Origin: Bacteroidaceae bacterium
GTDB lineage: Bacteria > Bacillota > Clostridia > TANB77 > CAG-508
Direction: 5' to 3'
Length of the DNA stretch: 64,000 nucleotides
NCBI GenBank assembly: GCA_963621875.1
Contig: CAVFFR010000002.1
Location: forward strand, 704-64,703
Positions 37,345 through 46,351 of the stretch are shown piece by piece (the first letter of the stretch is position 1; each line of letters opens with the position of its first letter). Made by a program: the position numbers and the translations under genes. The notes under the pieces are model-generated. The model was not told where the DNA came from and made no database searches. It saw only the letters and a program-made list of their open reading frames with translations.

Positions 37345-38226
37345 TTATTTTAGTCTAAATGTATTACTTATTTTAAAGTAGTATGGTTGAATATTTGTTA
37401 ATATATCTTTTACCCAAATGATGTTTCCATCATCGTCTTTGTATTTAATATTTGGAAATGTTCTTAATATCTTCTCATCTGAGAACATCGTGTTTGACAA
37501 TTTTTGTATAACTTTGTTGTCTAAAACTTCTTGGCTTACCATTAAATACTTTTCTTCTTTTAAATTTAGATTATATGTATTTGTAAATCTTGTATAAAAT
37601 ACTTGAAGTCCAAAAGCTGTTATTAATAGATCTAGCATAAGAAGTATTGTTCCCGCAATTGTAGTTATTCCAAATAGTTTCGCTGGTATTTTGTCAATAA
37701 ATCTTTCTATGTATGGATTTATTAGCCTTATTAGCACAAGTGCTAGTAGCCCCCAGAATATTGTAAATAACAAACATATTCTGCCATTTATATCAAATGG
37801 CATATTTGAATAATCCCACCATTTTATATGGAATATCATTTCTCCAACCCAACTGATAATATATTCTACAATTGAGCCTTCAACAGCTCCTGCTAAGAAT
37901 AATGTCCAATTTCTTTTTTTAAATTTTTGAAGTCCTGGTATCATTACAGCCGCACCTAATCCATAAATGCAACAAAACGGCCCATATAAGCAACTTTGTC
38001 TACTTTCTACTACTCCTTTTGTTAGCATTCCGAATATTGTTTCTATTATGAATCCTAAGAAGCTATAAATTATAAAATATGCTAAGATTCTTTTGAATGT
38101 TATTTTTACAATTGGATCTTCTACTACTATTCTACTTTGTATTTTTTCTTTTTTCTTTTGCAGGTTTTCTTTTATTTTTATTTTTTCATCTTCTATTTTA
38201 GCTTCATCTATCATACCATTCTCCAT
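37345..38226 (-). CDS. Polytopic membrane protein of the 'putative ABC-transporter type IV' (CmpB-like) family
   Basis: YFIIYSFLGFIIETIFG...CLYGPFCCIYGLGA...WWDYSNMPFDINGRICL motifs. Its ATG lies 2 nt after the stop of the preceding cluster gene. Confidence 0.6.
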   Translation of the reverse strand: MENGMIDEAKIEDEKIKIKENLQKKKEKIQSRIVVEDPIVKITFKRILAYFIIYSFLGFIIETIFGMLTKGVVESRQSCLYGPFCCIYGLGAAVMIPGLQKFKKRNWTLFLAGAVEGSIVEYIISWVGEMIFHIKWWDYSNMPFDINGRICLLFTIFWGLLALVLIRLINPYIERFIDKIPAKLFGITTIAGTILLMLDLLITAFGLQVFYTRFTNTYNLNLKEEKYLMVSQEVLDNKVIQKLSNTMFSDEKILRTFPNIKYKDDDGNIIWVKDILTNIQPYYFKISNTFRLK

Positions 38227-38228
38227 TA

Positions 38229-40019
38229 TTAGTAATTTTCAAAATATCCATTTACTAGGTATAAGTCATATCTTGCTCTTGCAAGTGCTGTTAAATAATA
38301 TTTTTGCAAATTTATGCCATTTAGATTTGTAATGTCTACATCGTTGCCATTTTTATCTTTTATTGCACCATATGAATCGCCATAGTCATCTGTAGTTCTT
38401 CCAAATTTGTCTATTACTTGCCCTTTTATTATATCATCACTTGTATATGCGTTTGATGCAGTGACTATACAGTCATAGCAAGCTTCATATGGTTGTGGAT
38501 AATAGTATGCATATTTTCCTTCATCAGCACTAACTCCATAAGCACTCAATAATTGTGAAAGTGCGTTTACATCTTCACCTGTTAAAGATACTGTTCTTCT
38601 TTTAAAGTCAATTGCAGAATATGCACCATCTATAGTTAAGGTTCCGTCATTTAGTCCAGTTATCAAAGTTCTACAACCTGGTTGGTGATATTCCTTATTA
38701 CCAACTGCATCTTTTGATATAATATATATAGAATTATTATTTACACATTCTTTATTTGTATTATTTGTTACAACACAATAATTATTATATAACTTGCTAC
38801 CAATTGGTAAGCCTTGCATAAATACGACTTCACATATATTATTTTCTATATTCTCCCAATCTTGCTCGGTTAATTTTGGCATTGAGAATGCTATACCAGC
38901 CAAACTAGAATGTTGTGAATATGTATTCATTGCTCTTACTAGGTTTGTTTCTATTGTGTATCTTATTACATTCACTCTTTGTTCATTAAATGTAGAACTT
39001 GAAAGCATTGGATTTTCGTTTGAAGTATCAAATATTTTTTTGTCTTCTAAATCACTTTGAAATGTTGTTATTTTTTGTCCACTTTCATCCACTGCATCAC
39101 TTTGTTTTATATTCTTTAGTTTCTCATTTACCCACTTTGTAAAAGTTGCTGCCTCTTTATAATATTTTACTGCACTTGTTGTTATCTGATAATTATCATC
39201 TAAATCTTGTATAGTTATAGCAGATGTTATATAGTCTTTTTTATATTGACTACTATATTTAAAGTATTTTTCGTCTCTATTTCCATTCCAATCTTTTTCT
39301 TTATAAATTTTCTGATTGTTATATATAACATATTCATATGTATCTTTTGTAGCATTTGAATCATCATCTAGTATAATTATTTGTTCTTCTAACTTTTCTT
39401 CTCCATTCACATAATCCAACACTTTTCCATTATCATCAATGTCTTTAGCTTCTTTCAAAGATATTAGATGTCCTGTCTTTGTAACATATTCTCCATCTAC
39501 TTTTCCTATTATAGTTATTGTATTATCAAGCGTATAATTTACAACAAAATCATATCTATCGCCCTCTCCAACTTTATATCTACAAGAGTATGCAATAAAA
39601 GGTTTTAAACCATAATTATATCCTTGACTAGCTGGATCCGTATCTTGAGGATTATAATTGTAATTGTTAGAGTATATATAATATCCATCATATAAAGTAA
39701 ACAATATTGCAGGAGTATAAGATTTTAAATCTTCTTTTGTATAGCCTTTTACTTCTAAATTTGTTGATAGCGATGTATAAAACACATTAATTGCTGCCTC
39801 TATATCCCTTATTTTAGAGTTTGCTATATCAGAAAGATCATTGTTTTGTGTATTTAATTGAAATGCTTTCATAGAATCATGTGTTGCATTAATTAAGTTT
39901 GCATTATATGCTGCTTGTAACTCTATTGTCTTCATATGCATACTTATATAATTTGATAATACCAATGATATTGGTACTATTATTATAACAAAAATTATTG
40001 CTATATGTTGTAATTTCAT
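38229..40019 (-). CDS. Large N-terminally anchored extracellular protein of the Tad-like operon (tip/adhesin or TadG-like candidate)
   Basis: MKLQHIAIIFVIIIVPISLVLSNY anchor followed by 570 aa of N/Y/D-rich extracellular sequence. GAAAGG SD. Confidence 0.5.
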   Translation of the reverse strand: MKLQHIAIIFVIIIVPISLVLSNYISMHMKTIELQAAYNANLINATHDSMKAFQLNTQNNDLSDIANSKIRDIEAAINVFYTSLSTNLEVKGYTKEDLKSYTPAILFTLYDGYYIYSNNYNYNPQDTDPASQGYNYGLKPFIAYSCRYKVGEGDRYDFVVNYTLDNTITIIGKVDGEYVTKTGHLISLKEAKDIDDNGKVLDYVNGEEKLEEQIIILDDDSNATKDTYEYVIYNNQKIYKEKDWNGNRDEKYFKYSSQYKKDYITSAITIQDLDDNYQITTSAVKYYKEAATFTKWVNEKLKNIKQSDAVDESGQKITTFQSDLEDKKIFDTSNENPMLSSSTFNEQRVNVIRYTIETNLVRAMNTYSQHSSLAGIAFSMPKLTEQDWENIENNICEVVFMQGLPIGSKLYNNYCVVTNNTNKECVNNNSIYIISKDAVGNKEYHQPGCRTLITGLNDGTLTIDGAYSAIDFKRRTVSLTGEDVNALSQLLSAYGVSADEGKYAYYYPQPYEACYDCIVTASNAYTSDDIIKGQVIDKFGRTTDDYGDSYGAIKDKNGNDVDITNLNGINLQKYYLTALARARYDLYLVNGYFENY

Positions 40020-40099
40020 ATTATTTACCTTTCTATCTAAATAACAGCTTTTGGACTCTTATATTTTACAGTCCTAAAGCTGTTACAATTATACATTAT

Positions 40100-40636
40100 C
40101 TATTTTGTACCATTTACAGTAACAATTCCTGCATATTGTACAGCAATTTGATATGTGTCATTTCCCGCTATTCTATAAAAGAAGTTTCTTAGTGTTTGTG
40201 CTATTGTAGTATTTGTATTTTTAACTGTTACAGATACTCTATCTCCTTCTTTTAGCGATAGTCTGTGTGTTGTATTGTTTGTATTATTTAATAGGTCTTC
40301 TAATTGACTTGTATATAGAGTATAATAAATATTTTCACCTATTTTTGTTTTTTCTGCATTAGTTGTTTTTACTCCAATATTTTCGTCCATTACTTGAACC
40401 ATCATTTCTACATCAAAGGAGTTACCTGTTGATGTTATAGTTTGAATGTATTTATCAAAATCATCTAATGTTAGTTGTCCTGTTGTCCTAACTTTGTCAA
40501 CAAAATCAGTAGTAGCTGTTTGCACTGTTAGTTGCGAAATAGTATCTGATTTTTCTGATACAGACATCAAAGGAAAAACAAACATTAGTATTGCAGCTAA
40601 AAATATAGCTATTATTGTTACAAAACTATCTCCCAT
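40100..40636 (-). CDS. N-terminally anchored small protein (pseudopilin/TadE-like candidate)
   Basis: MGDSFVTIIAIFLAAILMFVFPLMSV hydrophobic N-terminus, 178 aa, own SD. Confidence 0.45.
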   Translation of the reverse strand: MGDSFVTIIAIFLAAILMFVFPLMSVSEKSDTISQLTVQTATTDFVDKVRTTGQLTLDDFDKYIQTITSTGNSFDVEMMVQVMDENIGVKTTNAEKTKIGENIYYTLYTSQLEDLLNNTNNTTHRLSLKEGDRVSVTVKNTNTTIAQTLRNFFYRIAGNDTYQIAVQYAGIVTVNGTK

Positions 40637-40686
40637 TTTTGTTTCCTTTCTATTTATATAATATTTGCTGTTCTATTTTGTTAGTT

Positions 40687-41475
40687 TTATTCTCCTTCTT
40701 CTTCTGGTAATAAAACATATGTAATTATTTTTTTAGTAGTTGTTTTATTTCCTGTAATTCCTTCGTTTTCATCAGTTTCGCCTTCATCTTCATCCGTTTT
40801 ATCATTAGCTACTTCTCCAACTATCTCTACAAATTTTCGTTTTTTAAACCTTTCTAATAGTCCAACACTGCTATAATCTATATATTTGACTGCATCTGCT
40901 ACTTCATCTTCAGCAGTATATTGTGGTTTTAAATATAATCCACCTGATATTATAGCATCTAAATGATTTTTTATATCAGCAGTCCAACATTCTCCTCTTT
41001 TAATTTCTTCATCTATATCAAAAGAGCATATTTTTTTGCTTTTTCCTGTATTATTAAAATCATTTGTATAGCTCTGACTCCAATCAATTGTAGGATCCGT
41101 AGTTGTTTCGTATATTTCAATAGGATCTCCGACTTCAACTTCGATTAATGTTACTGAATCTCCATTTTCATCAGTAATTGTTTCTCCTTCTTTTATTGAA
41201 CCATCTCTAAATGTTACTTTGTATCTTTCTTTACTATATTTATATAAAGTAGGAATTATTGTTTCAATTCCTACTATTCTATTTCCTAATGCATCATTAT
41301 TAGTACTTATACTATAATAATCATAATATTCATAGTATTCTGTTGGATCAGATAGTTTAAGCATCAACTCTGAGGTTTGCCTTGCCTGCGAAAATACATA
41401 AATTGTAAGACTTAAAGCTAATACTAACATCATAACCGCAAATGCTAACATTAAAGCTTCTACTGCATTTTCCAT
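40687..41475 (-). CDS. MENA-type leaderless pilin-like protein (262 aa, acidic C-terminal tail)
   Basis: MENAVEALMLAFAVMMLVLALSLTIYVF. SD AAAAGGA 9 nt upstream of the ATG. No in-frame upstream start. Confidence 0.5.
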   Translation of the reverse strand: MENAVEALMLAFAVMMLVLALSLTIYVFSQARQTSELMLKLSDPTEYYEYYDYYSISTNNDALGNRIVGIETIIPTLYKYSKERYKVTFRDGSIKEGETITDENGDSVTLIEVEVGDPIEIYETTTDPTIDWSQSYTNDFNNTGKSKKICSFDIDEEIKRGECWTADIKNHLDAIISGGLYLKPQYTAEDEVADAVKYIDYSSVGLLERFKKRKFVEIVGEVANDKTDEDEGETDENEGITGNKTTTKKIITYVLLPEEEGE

Positions 41476-41498
41476 ATTTTACATTCCTTTTAATTTTA

Positions 41499-41942
41499 TT
41501 ATCTATAAGCAGAATCAGATGATTGTATTATATAACAATTGGTTATATATCCACTACTACTATATGAGAAAGTTATTTTATAAGTTAATCCTGATTTCAA
41601 TTTTTTGCTTCCAGTAAATTGATTTTCTGCTACTGTATCTTCTGGATCTTCTACTCCATCTGTAGCTTCTCCTTCTTTTATACTTATTTGTTTAGTATTG
41701 TCATCTACATTTGTTCTATTATGGTTTTGAATAATTGCCATAAGTGCTAAAGCATCAGTTCCAGTTCTTACTCCTTCATATTGTAAAAACTCGTCATTAT
41801 AAGCTTGTACCTTTGTTGGGTCCAAGTTTGTTCCACTTGTTGCACTATTTGCTTGTTGGTATATATACATACCAAGTCCTATTATTAATATTGCTAATAG
41901 TATAGCTCCTGCTATAATTAATGCTTTACTTGCATTCTCCAT
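41499..41942 (-). CDS. MENA-type leaderless pilin-like protein, tandem paralogue B (147 aa; major-subunit candidate)
   Basis: MENASKALIIAGAILLAILIIGLGMYIYQQANSAT is identical over 35 aa to 41968-42411. The C-terminal half diverges. Confidence 0.55.
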   Translation of the reverse strand: MENASKALIIAGAILLAILIIGLGMYIYQQANSATSGTNLDPTKVQAYNDEFLQYEGVRTGTDALALMAIIQNHNRTNVDDNTKQISIKEGEATDGVEDPEDTVAENQFTGSKKLKSGLTYKITFSYSSSGYITNCYIIQSSDSAYR

Positions 41943-41967
41943 CTTTTATATATTCCTTTCTAATCTA

Positions 41968-42411
41968 TCAGCTCCAGCAATCTGCTGCTCTAGGATTTAC
42001 AATATGAACCATTGTTATATACCCAGATGTGTTATATGAGAAGCTTATTTTATATGTTAATCCAGACTTAAATTCAGAAGGTGTAGGATTATTTACTTCA
42101 TCCCAATCAGGATCTTGAACAGTTCCATCAGCATCCCAAGATGTTACTATCAATATTTGTCTAGATGCATCATCAGCATTAACTCTGTTATGATTATTAA
42201 CTGCACTTACTAATGCTTTTGCGTCTGTTCCTGTTCTTACTCCTTCGTATTGTAAAAATTCTCCATTATATGCTTGTGCCTTTGTTGGGTCTAAGTTTGT
42301 TCCTTGTGTTGCACTATTTGCTTGTTGGTATATATACATTCCTAATCCTATTATTAATATTGCTAATAGTATAGCTCCTGCTATAATTAATGCTTTACTT
42401 GCATTCTCCAT
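41968..42411 (-). CDS. MENA-type leaderless pilin-like protein, tandem paralogue A (147 aa; major-subunit candidate)
   Basis: AAAGGAGG SD 9 nt upstream of the ATG. MENASKAL + 20 hydrophobic residues + Tyr. Shares the YxG...GTDA-x-ALV motif. Confidence 0.55.
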   Translation of the reverse strand: MENASKALIIAGAILLAILIIGLGMYIYQQANSATQGTNLDPTKAQAYNGEFLQYEGVRTGTDAKALVSAVNNHNRVNADDASRQILIVTSWDADGTVQDPDWDEVNNPTPSEFKSGLTYKISFSYNTSGYITMVHIVNPRAADCWS

Positions 42412-42478
42412 TTTAAAATTCCTCCTTTAATTTTGTTTTTTTATATTTGAATTTATATTTCTTTTGAAATATAAAATA

Positions 42479-42919
42479 TTAATAACTTGATTCTATTTGC
42501 TCAAAATACAATTGTTTTACATTTCCTGTTTTTTGGTGATATTCTATATTTGTGCATTTAAAACTAAATGCTCCAAAATTTTGTATAAATCTTTGTATTC
42601 CTTGCTTTTCTATTGCTTCCATAGATATGACATCTTCTAATTCTAAAAACTTAATTTTTATTATTATTGAGTCTTTTTCATTATCTATGTAATTGCCTTT
42701 TTCGTCTCTTTCTACTGCATTTTTTTCATTATTATCTATTGCTTTGTTTATAAGAGAGATTACATCAGTTCCCAATACTGGTTGTCCATAAAAGCTTTCA
42801 TATGGTTTATTGTTTTGTGTAATTTCTTCTTTTATTTTTCTTGTATTAAAAATACTGTATGTAATAATAACTATTATTACAAGAAAAATTGATACTATAA
42901 ATATAATATTTCTTTTCAT
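42479..42919 (-). CDS. Anchored paralogue of the pilin-like family (MKRN N-terminus instead of MENA)
   Basis: Start taken at ATG 42917-42919 (MKRNIIFIVSIFLVIIVIITYSIF). The post-TM segment YESFYGQPVLGTDVISLINKAIDNN matches the family motif. Confidence 0.45.
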   Translation of the reverse strand: MKRNIIFIVSIFLVIIVIITYSIFNTRKIKEEITQNNKPYESFYGQPVLGTDVISLINKAIDNNEKNAVERDEKGNYIDNEKDSIIIKIKFLELEDVISMEAIEKQGIQRFIQNFGAFSFKCTNIEYHQKTGNVKQLYFEQIESSY

Positions 42920-43001
42920 ACTTGCCTTTCTTAATGCAATTATAACATTATGATAATTAATATGCAATCATTATTTTTATTTTTTATTCAATTATTAAAT
43001 T

Positions 43002-43538
43002 TTACGGTGCAGGTTTTAATACGACTTTCTTCACTCTTCTACTAGAGTCATCAATTGAAATTTCACATATATATTTTTTCAAAACATAATTTTTAGTACC
43101 ATCATCTTGAGTTACTTCTTCTCCTGTATTTTGTTTTAAGAAATTTGTATATGCTTCTGAAGATAATGTTTCAAAGTTTTTGTTTCCTTCATTGATAGCC
43201 ACGGTATTAACAGTTATATATAGTGTTCCTGCCTTTTCCTTTTCTGTTAATGAATCTGTTCCAAAATCATAATTATTGTTATTATCTTTTGCTAAATTAG
43301 CTATAGTTATTATATCACTCGCTAAACAAGTATTCTGCCATATCCCTTTTTCATCTATATAACTTTCATATTTTGTAAATTGCACATTAAACTCATCTGT
43401 TTCTTTTTGTTTTATTCTCGCAGTTATTTGAGAACCAAAATCGCCAAAAATAGTATATAAATACACAACTAATGATAACATTAAAACTCCTACTAATATT
43501 GAAGCTGCCATTAGCAATGCTCTACTTGCATTTTCCAC
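43002..43538 (-). CDS. MENA-type leaderless pilin-like protein (178 aa, GTG start)
   Basis: (GTG)ENASRALLMAASILVGVLMLSLVVYLY. AAGGAGG SD 11 nt upstream. Confidence 0.5.
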   Translation of the reverse strand: MENASRALLMAASILVGVLMLSLVVYLYTIFGDFGSQITARIKQKETDEFNVQFTKYESYIDEKGIWQNTCLASDIITIANLAKDNNNNYDFGTDSLTEKEKAGTLYITVNTVAINEGNKNFETLSSEAYTNFLKQNTGEEVTQDDGTKNYVLKKYICEISIDDSSRRVKKVVLKPAP

Positions 43539-43560
43539 GTTATTTCAGTCCTCCTTGCTT

Positions 43561-44217
43561 TTAATAATCTGTAAATTTCATCGTTAATACCTTACCGTTA
43601 CCTGAATCATATTCGATTGTATCATTATATTTAAATGTTTTTCTTGCAAAATCAGTTTGTTCACTTACTAAGTTTTTGTAAGCTTTTATATCTGCAAATA
43701 GTTGATCATAGTCGCTTTCTGAAATACTATAATTATGATCTTGTATTGTAGCTTTAAATTTATCCTTATTTGTAACTGGTAATACATTTGCCCAATACGA
43801 AACGCTTTTTCCTCCATAATTATTTTTATTTGCAGTTTGTATATCTCCTGACAGATTTTCGTATTTATTATGTAAGTCCTCTGCTGTATATGTGCCACTT
43901 TTAAAATATTTTCCATCAATTACGCCTGTGTTTATTGTTACTTCCAGAGTAATTTTTTGATATCCATCTACAGCTTTTCTGGCATTATAATTTAATATTT
44001 CATTAGCGAGTGAAAGTAGTTCACTTCCATATACTTTGTCTTTTGTATAAGATTCATAGTTTATATTAAATTTAGAAAGTTGACTTGCTCTTTCATTTTT
44101 TTGTTCTATTTCTTTCAGTTCAGCTATTTGGCTATAGCCAAACAACAATGCTGCTAATATCAAAACTCCAATTAATACACTTGCTGCCATTTCTAGTGCT
44201 TTTGTTGCATTTTCCAT
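43561..44217 (-). CDS. MENA-type leaderless pilin-like protein (218 aa)
   Basis: MENATKALEMAASVLIGVLILAALLFGY. GAAAGGA SD 9 nt upstream. Confidence 0.5.
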   Translation of the reverse strand: MENATKALEMAASVLIGVLILAALLFGYSQIAELKEIEQKNERASQLSKFNINYESYTKDKVYGSELLSLANEILNYNARKAVDGYQKITLEVTINTGVIDGKYFKSGTYTAEDLHNKYENLSGDIQTANKNNYGGKSVSYWANVLPVTNKDKFKATIQDHNYSISESDYDQLFADIKAYKNLVSEQTDFARKTFKYNDTIEYDSGNGKVLTMKFTDY

Positions 44218-44235
44218 AGACTTATTTCCTTTCTA

Positions 44236-46314
44236 CTATCTCTTCATTGAAGTCATCGTATTAAATGATGATGTCATACTTGTTAATCCTATGAATACTA
44301 GTGGAACAATTAGGTATCCAACGAAAAGTGATACCATAGGTGCAAAACCTATTACTTTTCCAATCATTCCCTTCTTAGATATTAATCTTTCGTTTGATTC
44401 TTTTCTTCTTGCTTGATAGTATTCTCTTTCTGAATCTAATTCATCAAAAGCTTCTGCAATTGGTATTTTTTCAACTGCTGCTTGCATACTTTCTATTAAT
44501 CTTATAAATTCTTTATAGTTAATTTCATCTTTCATCTGTTCTAGAGCTTCCCATGGACCACTCTCATAATTGTTTACACATCTTGATATTGGTTCTTTGA
44601 ATATGTTTGAATATCTTTCCAACCACTCTAATATCATTTCTACATTTACTCTCTCTATTCTCATAAGCATCAATATTATTGTTTGGAATTGCATTACTTC
44701 ATCTTCCATTTCTAATTTTCTCATTTTTGCTTGGAAGAATAGTAGAGCCACAGGTAAGTTGTACCCGAATACTGCAAATACCATCGCTAAAATCATTTCA
44801 AACCAGCTTAAGTATTCACTGTTGACTTGTCTTAGTTTTTTTAGAACTCTCTCTGCTGCTGTTGCTATTTCATCTGATGTACTATTTGCATAGTCTTTTG
44901 ATTTTTTCATTGCTTTTTCGATATCTGCTTGAGTCGTTTTTGTTTTTCCTTTGAACATATCTAAGAATTTATTATCACTTGCAGTTAGTTCTTCTGCTTT
45001 TTTTAGGTCTTTACCAGTCATTTCTCCTACCAAATTGTAAGTTGATGTTGGTTCTGTGTATATGTAATTAAGTTGTATTCTGTGTAATTGTGCAAATATT
45101 AGTAATGAAGCTACAAATGTTACTACAGTTAATAAAATTCTTTTCTCATATATCCAATGTATCTTATCTTTTGTTGCCGAATCTTTCATAAGATTCTTCA
45201 TTTTTCTTCTTTCTTTTGTTCCTTCCTTAGGAATAAACAAATCTACTACTTTTTTTACAAATGGTACTTTATATAGTTTTTCTTCCCAAGGATTATCTGG
45301 TTTTGTATTTATTGTTGTTGAGCCATTATCTTTTAGTTTTCTTGTTAATATATAGCATATGAATGTTAATATAACTATTAATATCTGCACTATCATTCCT
45401 TGTTTACCATAATAGAATGACTTTGTAAAGGCAAATTGGCTTACAGCCCAATTTTTTATTGGCTCTAGTGCTAGTAGTGGCACTATTGCAATTACTGATA
45501 AACTTTGGAATACATAGTTTAATTTATCTCTTTTTAATATTTCTAATTGCATTTCTTGACTTATATTATTTAAGTTTTTCAAATACAAAGAGGTTTTATC
45601 TACTGTTCTATCTCCAAATTCTTTAGTTAAATATGATATTCCTGCAAATTCCTTTAAGAAACTGTTTGGCGCTATATCGTAATATTTTTCAAGTTCGCTC
45701 TCTGGATCATCAGATATTAGTATTTCGTATATTTTTTCTGCCTGTCTTGACATTTCTGGTGCACTATCACCTTGAGCAACTTGATATATTGCTTCTTCAA
45801 CCATATTGAATTCATGGTAAGCATGTCTTATTTCTGCAAAGAAGTCTATCTGTTGAACTAATAACTTGTTGTCTATTTTATCAACCATTCCATCAACTAA
45901 AGTGTCTATCATAAATAGTTCAAAGATTAATAATATTGATAAAAGTAATGTATTTTTGCTAGTTATAAATATTATTGCTAAGGTTACTGGTATTACTATT
46001 AATAAAGCTTTTGTCAATATTTCAGATGTTTGCTTTCTCGTTAAATACTCATCATCAATATTTATAATTTCAAGTCTTCTTCTTATTTTAAATAAGTATC
46101 TTTTTATAAAAGGAGATCTTAGGTATTTAACATATAATTTCTGGTATAGTATTTCTTTAGAAAATTTCTGTTCCTTCGTTCCTTTTCTTAATTGTCTAAT
46201 TTGTACTACGTCTGATGATTGTGCTTTTTTTCTTAGTATAAGATATGCTATTACTATAAAAGCTAACAATGTTGCTATTACAATCATCATATATAATATA
46301 ATATTCCCTTGCAT
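44236..46314 (-). CDS. Large polytopic membrane protein (TadB/TadC-GspF-like platform candidate)
   Basis: 692 aa with multiple TM clusters separated by helical cytoplasmic regions. Sits directly after the ATPase gene. I cannot verify family membership by eye. Confidence 0.4.
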   Translation of the reverse strand: MQGNIILYMMIVIATLLAFIVIAYLILRKKAQSSDVVQIRQLRKGTKEQKFSKEILYQKLYVKYLRSPFIKRYLFKIRRRLEIINIDDEYLTRKQTSEILTKALLIVIPVTLAIIFITSKNTLLLSILLIFELFMIDTLVDGMVDKIDNKLLVQQIDFFAEIRHAYHEFNMVEEAIYQVAQGDSAPEMSRQAEKIYEILISDDPESELEKYYDIAPNSFLKEFAGISYLTKEFGDRTVDKTSLYLKNLNNISQEMQLEILKRDKLNYVFQSLSVIAIVPLLALEPIKNWAVSQFAFTKSFYYGKQGMIVQILIVILTFICYILTRKLKDNGSTTINTKPDNPWEEKLYKVPFVKKVVDLFIPKEGTKERRKMKNLMKDSATKDKIHWIYEKRILLTVVTFVASLLIFAQLHRIQLNYIYTEPTSTYNLVGEMTGKDLKKAEELTASDNKFLDMFKGKTKTTQADIEKAMKKSKDYANSTSDEIATAAERVLKKLRQVNSEYLSWFEMILAMVFAVFGYNLPVALLFFQAKMRKLEMEDEVMQFQTIILMLMRIERVNVEMILEWLERYSNIFKEPISRCVNNYESGPWEALEQMKDEINYKEFIRLIESMQAAVEKIPIAEAFDELDSEREYYQARRKESNERLISKKGMIGKVIGFAPMVSLFVGYLIVPLVFIGLTSMTSSFNTMTSMKR

Positions 46315-46351
46315 ATTTTAAGCTTTTGCACCTCCTTTTAGATGATGTTTT

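Noticed and set aside
43686-43919. 77-aa minus-strand ORF nested in another frame of pilin-like gene 43561-44217
   Set aside because: No SD, an odd composition, and full overlap with a better-supported frame that has an SD and family motifs.
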